In this document: in pieces, positions 28,403 through 40,170 of the stretch
Layout of the letters: every line of letters starts with the position of its first letter
Numbering within the stretch: position 1 is the stretch's first letter
Notes under the pieces: model-generated
Seen by the model: only the letters and a program-made list of their open reading frames with translations
What the model was told of the DNA's origin: nothing
The model's database searches: none
Position numbers and translations under genes: made by a program
Source: Octopus sinensis
Lineage: Eukaryota
NCBI RefSeq assembly: GCF_006345805.1
Contig: NC_043022.1
Coordinates: 24,552,001 to 24,616,000 of the forward strand
DNA length: 64,000 nucleotides
Reading direction: 5' to 3'

Positions 28403-28622
28403 CCCTTTAGTGTTTAAACCGGCCATACCAGGCCAAAATTGTCTTCTTGTTTTATGCTCAAACCAGCCAGCTCTGGCCTCTCACACTTACCCTACAAAGT
28501 CATTCTAAAAATAAACAGGGACATCATGAAAATCTCAGAGTTACAAGATGCTGTACAATTAATTTAAAACAATGTGATTTAACAGGCTTTATATTTGACA
28601 GAGTAATCTGAATGCTAAAGGG
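28403..28622. mobile_element. piggyBac-type MITE (family 1), back-to-back with a remnant ending at 28398
   Basis: AAAGGG TTAA CCCTTT junction at 28393-28408; right end AAAGGG|TTAA at 28617-28626. Confidence 0.75.
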
Positions 28623-29885
28623 TTAAACAAGATATATATAGGTTCAATCCCACAGTAAGTTCTATGTCACTATAATTTTACGTTTTTGGTCTTTTTATCT
28701 TATTAGTATCTTACATGTGTTTCCATTTGTGTTTTACACACGTGTTCCCAATTAAGACACACACACACTTTACAATATGATAACAACAACAACAAAGGCG
28801 GCATGATTATTGCTAAAGAATGTTGTTAGCCATGATTATTTAGTACTCCTAGCATTATAGACTCCCAAGCAATGTTGGAAAACAAATTATTTACCAAATT
28901 ACCAGAAAATCTCAATCAAATCACAGTTAAACGACATAAAGAATTTACTCTGTGTGTGGTGTGTATGTGTGCATTATAGCCGGTGTGATAATGTTTGTAC
29001 GTATGTATATACACACAAACACAAAGTATTCATACATATACATATATTTACGCATATATATATATACATACATCTACACACACACACATGGTGGGAGGTG
29101 GAGGTGTGAAATAGAGAAAGTAAATTGATAGACTATTGGAATACAAAATAACTGACTCAGACTAAACAGTTGCGAAATATAAGCCAAAGAGAAAATAAAG
29201 CTGTGCAGTGACGCAGTAATATAATTGAGAGAGGGGGGGGGGCAAAGAGGGAAGATAGGAAAGGGCGAGAGAGAGAGAGAGCGGAGAAGGACAGTGTACT
29301 AAGATAACACAACCAAATGACCGCTGTCCAGAATACACTAATTGCTACACAAGCCAAATGTCAACATTCCTGTGATTTACTTTGCTCAGTTTATCGCATC
29401 CAGATTGTTTGGGCTTAATTTTGATGACCTGAGAAAAACGGTCCCTATGCTATCAATTAGATATGTTCCTACCCACAATAATTAGTGATTTGTTTGGAAA
29501 TAGGTCATGAGGCAGGAAGGGTAGTGCAGGTGCGTGTGCGTGCCTGCATGTGCACACACACACACACAGATACTGATAATACACTCACATATAGATATAT
29601 ATATATATATATATAATGGTTATACATAATCTACATTTACAAATACATAAACAGGCACACCTCAACTAATGCCATTTCGAGTTGAGTCTTTTTTGATTTT
29701 ACATTGGGTTTTTTTTTTTTTTTTTTAAGAAATTAATGGAGGGGGGAAAAAAACGTCTCAACATCAGCTGAGTTACTGAATTGGTCTCAGCAAACAAATT
29801 TAGAAGCATAAAAATAAAAAAAAAACCCACTTAAAATCCAACACTGAAGTGGAAAAACAAATAAAATACACTTGAAGAAATGTGT

Positions 29886-30180
29886 TTTGTTTGTTCCTTC
29901 TCGAGCCATAAGGGCCAGCTTCCCGGTTTCCTTGGCGTATAGGTTCCCCACCTGAATGAGATGCCGGTCCATCGCAGGTGAGCTGCAAGATGCAGGAGGA
30001 AAGAGTGAGAGAAAGTTGTGGCATAAGAGTCAGCAGAAGTTCGCCATCACCTTCTGCCGGAGCCGCGTGGATCTAAGGTGTTTCGCTCTTAAACACATAC
30101 ATTGCCCAGTCTGAGATTCGAACCTGCAATCCCTTGAGCGTGAGTCCACTGCTCTAACCACTAGGCCACGTGCCTCCACA
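29886..30180 (-). mobile_element. tRNA-derived SINE (~295 bp) sharing its 5' half with 38347-38732
   Basis: A box TGGCCTAGTGG, B box GTTCGAATC; 11-bp duplication AAGAAATGTGT at 29875-29885 and 30181-30191. Confidence 0.85.
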
Positions 30181-30577
30181 AAGAAATGTGTACAAAACCT
30201 TTATTAAGACAGATATAAGCTAATAAAGTTTTTAAATACGTTTTGTGCTGTGTTTTTATAAGTTGCAGGTCTTGGAACTAAATGCCAATGTAAGCTAAGG
30301 TATACATACATACGTGCACAAGGAGACCTGTCCTCAACAGCAGAAGTGTTAATGCTGTTCCCACTGCTGAAGAGGATTGGCCCGAAGGACCCCTGTGCTG
30401 GTGCCATATAAAATGCATCCAGCACACTCTGTAAAGTGGTTGGTGTTAGGGAAGGAACCCAGACATAGAAATCAAGCCAAATCAGACTGGAACCTGGTGC
30501 AGCTCTACTGCTTGCCAACTCTGATCAAATTGTATAACCCATGCCAGCATGGAAAATGGACGTTAAAATATGATGAG

Positions 30578-30633
<56 letters not shown>

Positions 30634-30637
<4 letters not shown>

Positions 30638-30830
30638 TAATCCAAACAAGAAAACAAAAAGACAACAACGCAAAGATGTGGAACAAATAAAGTATTATTG
30701 GACGCTCAGGAAAGAAGGAGGGTTTGACGTTTCTAGCGGAGCTCTTCGTCGGAAACATAGAAGGAAAGATCCTGAGAAGGGAAGACAGAGGGGAAAAAAA
30801 ATCGCTAGTGGTACAGGCGAGGTCACAATA
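30634..30830 (-). mobile_element. Penelope-like terminal (pseudo-LTR) fragment abutting (TA)n
   Basis: ~195 bp similar to 35390-35597; contains a hammerhead-like motif; starts directly at the edge of a (TA)n tract. Confidence 0.55.
30722..30756 (-). ncRNA. Hammerhead-like motif variant (CCGACGA core)
   Basis: GUUU CCGACGA A GAGC UCC GCUA GAAA CG U C AAAC; paralogue of 35490-35524 with U4C and a stem II mismatch. Confidence 0.55.
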
Positions 30831-30854
30831 CACACACACCATATACACATATTT

Positions 30855-31098
30855 TGGCACGTAAAAAGCACCAATCCGATCGTGGCCGTTGCCAGCCTCG
30901 CCTGGCACCTGTGCCGGTGGCACGTAAAAAGCACTCTCTACACTCACGGAGTGGTTGGTGTTAGGAAGGGCATCCAACTGTAGAAACACTGCCAGATCAG
31001 ACTGGAGCCTGGTACAGCCTCCTGGCTTTCCAGACCCTGGTCGAACCGTCCAACCCATGCTAGCATGGAAAACAGAAGTTAAACGATGATGATGATGA
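30855..31098 (+). mobile_element. SINE-like family C (tail CCCATGC.AGCATGGAAAA...(GAT)n)
   Basis: Related copies at ~5062-5490 (-), ~30380-30575 (+), ~32395-32670 (+), ~44408-44680 (-). Confidence 0.7.
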
Positions 31099-31939
31099 TG
31101 CGCACACATAAATATACACATAGACAAAGGAAACTGAATAACTGAAAGAAAAAAAAAGAACAACAGAAAAGACATGTACACTGTATATACAAGATATTTC
31201 TGAAAAACCTCGCCTAGAAAAAAAACCTGGCAATTTATCATTATTGAAATTCCTGATTGGAAGACAGGTGGTAAGACAACATAACTGACAAAAAGTAAAA
31301 CATCATATATGAAGGAAACCTGCATTTCAATAGGACACCTTAGATAATAAACTGCTGCAAGCAAGGCAGGGTTTACACAATAGTCAAACTAGTACAGTGT
31401 TCTCGTCTTGTGTACCGCCTCCAGCATGACTCATATGAAAGCTCATTAGGAAAATTAATATTTCTCCAAAATTTCCTTTAAAAGAGAAAGGCATTACAAT
31501 CCAGGAGCGAAATCTACTTCAAGTTTGATTTGCTTTTCATCTTTCAATTGAATCCTCAATCAAACTAATGGAGAAGCAGTTTCATTCAGGGCTTGTTACT
31601 AACTGCTACTGTCATTGAAAGGTGGCAGGGAGAAGAAGAAGAAGAAACAATTTTGTGATTAATAACAATAATGATAACAATGATGATTTCTTTTATTTGC
31701 CACAGGGGCAGGAATGAAGGGGACATCACAAGGACAATACGATTTGTGTAGAGGTGTACATAAAAAGATGAAGGAAAAAAAGGGAAAAGATGGTGAAAGG
31801 AGATAAAAGTATAGGTACTAAAAACTGACCTTGGCAGAATTTGAACTCAAAAATGGGTGAAATACTGGCAAGCATTTCGCCCAGTGTGCTAACATTTCTG
31901 CCAACTCACTGCTTAGTAATAATAATAATAATAATAATC

Positions 31940-32150
31940 CTTTCTACTATAGACACAGGGCCTGGAATTTGTGGGTAGGGGGATAGCCAATTATATCAGC
32001 TCCAGTACTTGACTGGTACTTAGTTTATCGACCCCAAAAGGATGAAAGACAAAGTCAACCTCAGCGGAATTTGAACTCAGAACGTAAAGGCAGACAAAAT
32101 ACTGCTAAGCATTTTGCCTGGCATGCTAACAATTCTGCCAGTTCGCCACT
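31940..32150 (-). mobile_element. SINE family B-related
   Basis: Head and central domain match; alternative 3' tail. Confidence 0.75.
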
Positions 32151-33159
32151 TTAATAACAACAACAACGATGATGATGATGATGATGATAGTAATAAGATC
32201 TAAGATGCTGTTGGCTAAAGTAAGAGCAAATTTCTCATGTCGTGTGCAACAGATACAATGAATTTCACTAGCATTTACAGTAAAGAATAAAAAAAAAAAG
32301 GTATTAAAAAAAAACAAAGGACTACACGGATTTGGTCAGTTCCAGTGATATTAAATTTAGGGGTAGATGTAGAGTTGTCAAGATTTGGGGATAGATGTAG
32401 GATTGGTAAGTATAGAATAGCTCATTAGTCTTGTTGAAGGCATGACACCTCCCTAGTGTTGGTGCCTGAGGAAAAAAAACACCCAGTACTGTCTGTAAAG
32501 AGGTTGATGTTAGGAAGGGCATCACAGCCATAGAAACCAAGGCAAAGGTGAAACACCTAAGCAAAATGTGGCAACCTCCTGACATGTCTAGATGAGCAAC
32601 ACTGCAGATTCTGAACTGATTCCAACCATAGTGACCTGTCCAACTCATGCCCAGATGGAAAGTAGACAATTTTTAAGCTTAGGAGTTAAGTTCTACAGTT
32701 GTTAGAATAAAATGCCAACTATTATTCAATACAAACCAAATACTCTAACGCCAAGTACAAGAGTGAGAGAGAGAGGATAGAGAGCAGTGACGGAGTTACA
32801 GAACATATAATAGGTTTTATTTATCCATTCAAATTTGATAATTCCCTCCATTTGCTTAGTTTCTCATTGAAGAACATTCAATTATACATGATTTGGTCAT
32901 ATCACATTAATTTTGGCTTAGACCCTTAACAAAATCATAATGAGTAGATAACGACAATTGTTGGCAAAATAATTCATAAATCTTTCGATTTTGTTTAAAA
33001 ATTCACCTCATTTCACAGACCTTGACATAATCAGAATATACAAATTTCCATCTGAACAGAGGAATAAGAGGAGAGATAGTGAGAGGGGAGAGAGAGAGAG
33101 AAACAGAGAGAGAGAGAGACAGACAGACAATCAGAGAAGGAGGGAGAAAGAGTGAGATT

Positions 33160-33760
33160 CTACTGTGTCACCTTTAATTATGAAGATATTGAAGAGTCAG
33201 CTACGAAAGCAAGACAGATTAAATATTTTAATTTGTGAAGACACAAGAGACAGTTAAGGAAATAATTGGAAAGAGGTCACAAAAGGTCACACAGCGGTAC
33301 AAAGGTCAGCAATATAATAAATTCTATTATCATGTTAATCTTATTCAATTAAATTAGAAAATTATTAATTTTTTTCTCTTGTCTTTCTATCATTGGGAGT
33401 GGGGGGGAGAGAATCCGGATTTTAATCTTAATTAATGACTCACTAATCAGAACGGGCAGCCTAGCTGGAATGGAGGAAGTGTGTGTGTGTGTATGCATGT
33501 GTGTATGTGCATGCATATATACTGTTCAATAGTATTGATTACTTAATGAACACTGCGCCAATAGATCTAGTAGATAAGAAAATTAAGCTTCCAGGTGTGT
33601 GTGCGTGTGCATGCATGTGTGCATACGTGTAGTGGGGAAGAGATTGCAGCTAGATCAGTAATGTTAAGCGTTATCTAGAGAAGTTGGTGCTTAAACGGCA
33701 AAGCCAATTTACATATTAATTAGCTGTTATACAGTAGCCCCCTCCAAAGCAATCGCTCCC
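33160..33760. promoter_or_regulatory. Candidate enhancer: nuclear receptor half-sites plus TAAT/POU-type motifs
   Basis: AGGTCA at 33274, 33284 (DR4) and 33303; many TAAT/ATTA; POU-like ATTTACATATTAAT at ~33708. Confidence 0.35.
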
Positions 33761-34094
33761 ATCCCAGATTTTAGCTTATAAAAAGTATGCAAATAGCAGA
33801 AATGTATAATAAAATATTTCAAAATACAGACAAAATACCAATTTCAAATATATATTGGTGAAGAACCAGATGCTTTTGTTGCCTTTTTTTTTTAAAGACA
33901 GCTCAAAGCAGTGGTTCTGGAACTGACAATTACCAGGCCATTCCTTGCCACCCACCTCAAAATATATTACTACACCCCACTCCAGTCTTTATTAATGAGA
34001 AGGTAAAATAATAATTTGCATTCATGTAATTAATCTTGCCTTGCCGTTAGCAAAGTCTAAAAAACTTTAAAAACCATCTAATTTTATTAAGCAT

Positions 34095-34550
34095 GGTGCA
34101 GGCATGGCTGTGTGGTAGGATGTTTGCTTCCCAACCACATGGTTCTGGGCTCAGTTCCACTGTATGAACCTTGGGGGTCAAGTGTCTCAACTATAGCTTC
34201 AAGCTGACCGATTCGATAAATGGAAACTGAAACAAGTCTGTCATATATATGTTAGCACGCGCACCTGTGTGTGTGTGTATGTGTGATCACTGCTTGACAA
34301 CCAGTGTTGTTGTGCTTATATCCCCATAACTTAGCAGTTCAGCAAATGAGAAGGAATAACACACAAACATACATATATATATGTACATATATACGACAGG
34401 CTTCTTCCAGTTTCCGTCTACCAAATCCACTCAGAAGGCTTTGGTCGGCCCAAGGCTATAATAGAAGACACTTGCCCAAGGTGCCACGCAGTGAGACTGA
34501 ACCAAAAAACCAGGTGGTTGGTAAGCAAGCTACTTACCACACAGCCACTC
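34095..34550. mobile_element. Two SINE family A fragments in opposite orientation (34095-34350 +, 34395-34550 -)
   Basis: Head sequence on + followed by head sequence on -. Confidence 0.7.
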
Positions 34551-34616
34551 CATCTTACATTTTACAGTAACACCACAACTAAGATTCTAAATTATCCGTC
34601 AGAGTGTTCCTTTTAA

Positions 34617-34797
34617 CCCTTAAGCATCCAGACTACTCACGTCTAATTTATTCACATTATTTTTAATTAAACACAGACTATATATTGTAGCTTTAATGAC
34701 ATTGTAGGGTAGGTGTGAAAGATTGGATCTGGTCAGTCTTAACATAAAACAGGTAGAGTATTTGGAGCTGGAAGTGGCTAGATTAAATGCTAAAGGG
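34617..34797. mobile_element. piggyBac-type MITE (family 1)
   Basis: TTAA|CCCTTAAGCAT ... ATGCTAAAGGG|TTAA. Confidence 0.7.
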
Positions 34798-35343
34798 TTA
34801 AATTAAGGGTCTTACGGTGATTTGGCTATTATTTATAGCAGGTTGAAGTTTTCTCATGTTGGCTTCTATGTATGTGTGTGTGTGTGTGTGTGTGTGCGCA
34901 CATGCATGCATGCAAGCATCCATGTGCATGGTGGAAATAAAGCTTGTCAGAACAATAATATAAAAGCAATATCTAATGAAGTTAATCTTTAATCAACAAA
35001 GCCAATTTACATATTAATTGCGACAATTGTAATCCTTATCCCTATTGTCACTACATACCACCACCACCACCACACACATACACACAATGGTTTACATAAA
35101 GAAACTAAACAACAGGAATACTTTCTTTTTCTGGTTACACTCTTTGGAATACAACCATGCTGGAGCAGACCTTTCAGAGGTTTTAGTAGATTCTAGTGGT
35201 ATTTTTATTAAATTTATCAACATCTAATAAGAAATGGCTGAATCCTCCTCAGAGTACAGGGACCTAGACTACATGGAATAAATTCTTGTGCAATACATCA
35301 ATGTATCAAGTCTCTTGCCTATATATATATATATATATATAAT

Positions 35344-35389
<46 letters not shown>

Positions 35390-35393
<4 letters not shown>

Positions 35394-35597
35394 ATCCAAA
35401 CATGAAGCACAAAGAGAAAACACAACAACGCGAGGACGTGGAACGAATATAGTATTATTGGACGCTCAGGAAGGAAGGGAAGAAGGAGGGTTTAACGTTT
35501 CGAGCGGAGCTCTTCATCAGAAACATAGAAAAAGGAAAGATCCAGAGAAGGAAAGACGGAGGAAAAAAAAATCGCCAATGGTACACATGTGGTCACA
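35390..35597 (-). mobile_element. Penelope-like terminal (pseudo-LTR) fragment abutting (TA)n
   Basis: Paralogue of 30634-30830 (AGTTAATCCAAACA...GTATTATTGGACGCTCAGGAA...GGTCACA); contains an intact hammerhead-like motif. Confidence 0.55.
35490..35524 (-). ncRNA. Minimal type I hammerhead ribozyme-like motif, core intact
   Basis: Minus strand reads GUUU CUGAUGA A GAGC UCC GCUC GAAA CG U U AAAC: stem I GUUU/AAAC, stem II GAGC/GCUC, palindromic ACGU helix III, GUU cleavage triplet. Confidence 0.7.
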
Positions 35598-35600
35598 TGT

Positions 35601-35637
<37 letters not shown>

Positions 35638-35704
35638 TGCGTGCGCGCGTCTGAATGTATGTGGGTTTGTCTTCATCAGTGAATGTGTGTGTGTGTGTGT
35701 GTGT

Positions 35705-35741
<37 letters not shown>

Positions 35742-37264
35742 TAATTAGGATAAAGATCCTTCTCAAGTCATATAGATTCATAGGGCCAGCTTCCCACTTT
35801 CTGTGAGATATATGGAATGCTGGTCCATCACAGGATTACTCAATTTTGCTAGCTGAGTGGGCTGGAACAACGTGAAATGAAGCGCTTTGCTCAAAAACAC
35901 AATGCATTGTCTGGTCCCCGAATTGAAACCATAATTTTACAATTTTGAATCCAACACCCTAACCACTAAACCTTACACAAGCACACACAAATGGGTCGAG
36001 AGAAGTAACTTGAAGTGGCCAGCGGTGAGTACTAGAATAACAAATTCCTAGTACATCAAATAGCATACACCAACAATTCCTGATAATTAAAATTATCTCT
36101 ACCTCTAGAGAATGTATCATAATTACAAATGGCTATAATAACCAGTTCCACTTGAGAAATGGAGATAATCTCAAAATTCAAAAATTTCTACAAAACTGAT
36201 ATACTATTAAAGCAAAGGACAGGATTATTGTTTGGAGATACAAGGACAGTCATGGACATGTGTTTCTGGTTCAACCTTATCTCTATCAGCCATCAAAGAA
36301 GTTAGAGTTATACAAAATTGAGTAGAAAATGCTTATAGCCTAGCATAATTTAAACAAAGATGAGTTAAGAAAAATAACTCGAGGTAGCTAGTGTCATGTA
36401 TTTGAATAACAAACAAAAAAACAATTTGTTCATTTTTACGTCCATTTTTCTATGAAAGCATGAGTTAGGGGAGTATACTGTTGAGATATTCTCTTCCGGT
36501 TGGATGCACTTCCTGCCACTACTCCCACCTGTTTTTCAAATAGGAGATGGCTTATTTCACACATTTTTAAAGGCATGAAGCAAGTAGATGATTAGTTGAC
36601 AGAAGTGACAACAACCACATTCACTGCTCATAGCTCACAACAAACATACAGAAACATCAGTAAGTTTTGTCTCAAAAGGGTTAAAAGCCTTCTTGTCCCC
36701 CAAACTAGATTTCTACACTTTGCTAGTGTACCAATGAGGGAACCTGTTAAAAATAGCAACTGTATCTTCAAAGTACATCCTAAAAGTCTTAAAAACAAAA
36801 AGAAAAAGAAGAAAAGAAAAAAGAAAAATGCATTAGACCATGTTGTCTTGTCTACCCCTAATAAGACAGGATAGTCAAGTTTGGAATGTCTTTGATCATT
36901 TGTGAGCTGAATCAGAGTTAATGCACAAATATAAACAGGAAAAATAATTGACTAGCAGTAAATCAATGAAATGTCTTCATTCTTGCAATCCAGAGGTTTT
37001 AAGTTACTGCTGAATAAACTGGGCATGCTCTGCTTGAAAAGTATTTGGGGATTTATATCTACACCCTCTAAAATTTTATATATAGTAGAGGGGGGGGGAT
37101 AAGAAGCTTTATTGGTGCACAAAAAACAAAATGAAAATAAAAAATTTCTTTTTCCAGCTGGATGCTCTTTCTCCTACTAACCACTGAACTATGAAGTAGG
37201 GAGTGGAACCTGTTTTATATGTCAATCAGTCTAAAGTGGAGCAAGCAGAGTTCATGGCTGGCAG

Positions 37265-37485
37265 AGGGGGTGAGCTGGCAGAAACGTTAGCACATGCTTA
37301 GGGGTACTTCATACTTAGTCTGTTGTGAGTTCAAATCCACTGAGGTCGACTTTACCTTTCATCCTTTCAGGGTCTAAACAAGTACCAGTTACACACTGGG
37401 GGTCGATGTAATCGACTTGATCCCCTTGTCTGTCCTTGTTTGTCCCCTCTATGTTTAGCTCCCTTGAGGGCACTAAAGAAATAAA
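37265..37485 (+). mobile_element. SINE family B
   Basis: Diverged full-length copy. Confidence 0.8.
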
Positions 37486-37928
37486 TATACAACTGGGCTG
37501 TAAATCTGAATGCACGACCACAGGATGCTCACAAGTCCAACACATTGGCCCCCAGAACCAATGTGTGTCTACTTCGTTATTTAGTCAAGAATGTTTATGT
37601 AGGTAGATGTGTAACTTACTGAAATGATCCCAGTTTTAACAACAAGAGTTGGTTAGTGTGTGTTTATTCAATAAATAAAATCAAATTCATTCGGTGTACA
37701 AATATATAGAAAGAGGCTGGGTAAGGAAAACACCACTCTAATTAGTTTTATGTTGAAGGGTGGAGGGGCGATAGGGGGGTTTAAATTAGTGTTTCTTAAA
37801 GAGGCAACACAACTCCACCTCTCTTGGGGAAATGGGGCTGGAACGAAGTGACAAGCTGATGGTAAGGAAAGGAAGTCAGTTCCATTCATTCATGCAAAGG
37901 TGCGGCATAATACATATGATGGTTGGGT

Positions 37929-37959
<31 letters not shown>

Positions 37960-38074
37960 CAGCAGCAGTGATTAAACTAGGAAACTACTGTACTGGCAGC
38001 CTTGTAGTAGTAGTAGTAGTTAGTTGTAGTGATGATGGTAGTAGTTGGTGGTGGTGGTGGTAGTGGTAGTAGTA

Positions 38075-38125
<51 letters not shown>

Positions 38126-38346
38126 CAGCAGCAGCAGCAGCAGTGGTGATTAAACTAAGAAACTACTGTACTGGCAGCCAGGTCATTAATTAATTTTTTT
38201 AAAATTAGCTTGCAGATTTCTGCTGATTGACAGATGACGAGGAGTAACAAACATACCCATGCCATTTCTATACAGTAATATGATTTTGAATATGAGTTAC
38301 TTGTCACTCTCTTAAATGTTGCCCATGCAATAATACACTGCCCTGA

Positions 38347-38732
38347 GGAGGCGCAATGGCCCAGTGGTTAGGGCAGCGGACTCGCGGTCGTAGGATCGCA
38401 GTTTCAATTCCCAGACCGGGCGTTGTGAGTGTTTATTGAGCGAAAACACCTAAAGCTCCACGAGGCTCCGGCAGGGATGGTGGTGATCCCTGCTGTACTC
38501 TTTCACCACAACTTTCTTTCACTCTTACTTCCTGTTTCTGTTGTACCTGTATTTCAAGGGGCTGGCCTTGTCACTCTCTGTGTCACGCTGAATATCCCCG
38601 AGAACTACGTTAAGGGTACACGTGTCTGTGGAGTGCTCAGCCACTTACATGTTAATTTCACGAGCAGGCTGTTCTGTTGATCAGATCAACCGGAACCCTC
38701 ATCGTCGTAACCGACGGAGTGCTTCCACATCC
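38347..38732 (+). mobile_element. tRNA-derived SINE (~390 bp; resembles octopus OR-type SINEs)
   Basis: A box TGGCCCAGTGG, B-box-like GTTTCAATTCC; 12-bp duplication ACACTGCCCTGA at 38335-38346 and 38733-38744. Confidence 0.85.
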
Positions 38733-39021
38733 ACACTGCCCTGAAACAAGCTGGGTTCAGGAAGCACCCAGAGATTGGTTTTTATGAAACTACAGAGACA
38801 ACAGTCGGAAGATATTTTGGAACCATTAACCTATATAATAAAATAAACTGTAGAATCTGTAGAAGGGATGGCTTCAGCACTTCCAATTTATATGTAGTTA
38901 GCATCATCACTAAACATTTTATATATCTCTGTAATGAAGGATCCAGGTTAAAAGTGACTTTTCTTCTATATAAAAGCAAACCATTTTTGAATGAGTCGAT
39001 ATAGTTTACTTACTTATTATA

Positions 39022-39066
<45 letters not shown>

Positions 39067-39149
39067 TACATACACACACACATACATACATATATATATA
39101 TATATATTATATATATATATATACACACATACATACATATATATGTATA

Positions 39150-39376
39150 CCGGAGTAAACACATAAATGTGACACAAGGTGGAAAAAAGAGTACTCAAAT
39201 ACCAGGGGTAGAGTAATATGCTTTATTTAAAAGCAGCAGAAATTCAACAAAACCTGTTACTCGGAGTTTCACGTTCCCGTTCGTCGGACAGTTTTGTTAA
39301 CAAAACTGTCCAACGAGCAGGACATGGAACTCCGAGTATTGGTTTTGTTGAATTTCTGCTGCTTTTAAATAAAGTA
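39150..39376. mobile_element. Penelope-like terminus duplicated as a fold-back palindrome
   Basis: Arms ~39221-39297 and ~39301-39374 are reverse complements (CTTTATTTAAAAGCAGCAGAAATTCAACAAAACC.../...GGTTTTGTTGAATTTCTGCTGCTTTTAAATAAAG); flanked by TA-rich microsatellites. Confidence 0.6.
39254..39291 (-). ncRNA. Hammerhead-like motif variant (CCGACGA core) in a palindrome arm
   Basis: CUGU CCGACGA ACG GGAA CGU GAAA CUCCGAG U A ACAG: stem I CUGU/ACAG, stem II ACG/CGU, short helix III, GUA triplet. Degenerate mirror copy at 39306-39342 (+). Confidence 0.55.
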
Positions 39377-39388
39377 AGTATATATATA

Positions 39389-39419
<31 letters not shown>

Positions 39420-40133
39420 ATGCACACACATGTGTATGTGTGTGAAATAAGATATTTCCCTTTCTTCATTCAGACACATAAAAAGAAGAATAACAAAAAT
39501 ATTTAATCTTTCTTAATAATAAAGTAAGCTAGTTAATAGATTAAAATTTATATTTCAAGTTCAGCCATGCATTTAATACGTTAACGAAAGTTAAAATGCC
39601 AATAAATGTTTAATGTTTATTACGTAAATTATAACAAGAGAAATTTAAAGCAATAAAGCTGTAAATAGCTCCTGGTTTTTTTCTCATTATTATTTGTTTT
39701 TTTTCTTCTTTTATTTTGTTCAATACTTAAAAGCTTCAAAAGGAGAAAATTAGTTTAAAGTGTTACTATTTCAGAATTGTAAAGATCTTCATGAATACAG
39801 GCGCAGTCTAGTGTGGACAATAAATACACTGACAATAACAATAACGTATAAAGAGAAGAAAAGCAACTACATATATGTGTTTGTGTGTGTGGGGGTTTGT
39901 GTGTGCGTGTACATACAAAGAACTTGAGAGCTTGTCGTTGGTGTAAGCAGAGTTTACAGTACAAACTGCAGACATTTCTGTTAAGTAGGAAAACAAGTGT
40001 AAGTTAAATAAAGTGAACTTTGATTCCATTCCTCTAACTAAACTAAAAACAAAACAAAACAATTCAAAGCATCTTATTAACAAGAAAACAGAAAACACAA
40101 AAAAAAATGTATAAACTTCATCCAGTAGAGTGA

Positions 40134-40170
<37 letters not shown>

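Noticed and set aside
30597-31364. 255 aa minus-strand ORF
   Set aside because: Runs across a family C SINE, a Penelope-like fragment and (TA)n; a patchwork, not a gene.
38347-38420. tRNA-like sequence
   Set aside because: It is the head of a 390 bp SINE with target duplication and no proper acceptor stem; the other tRNA-like heads are likewise SINE-derived.
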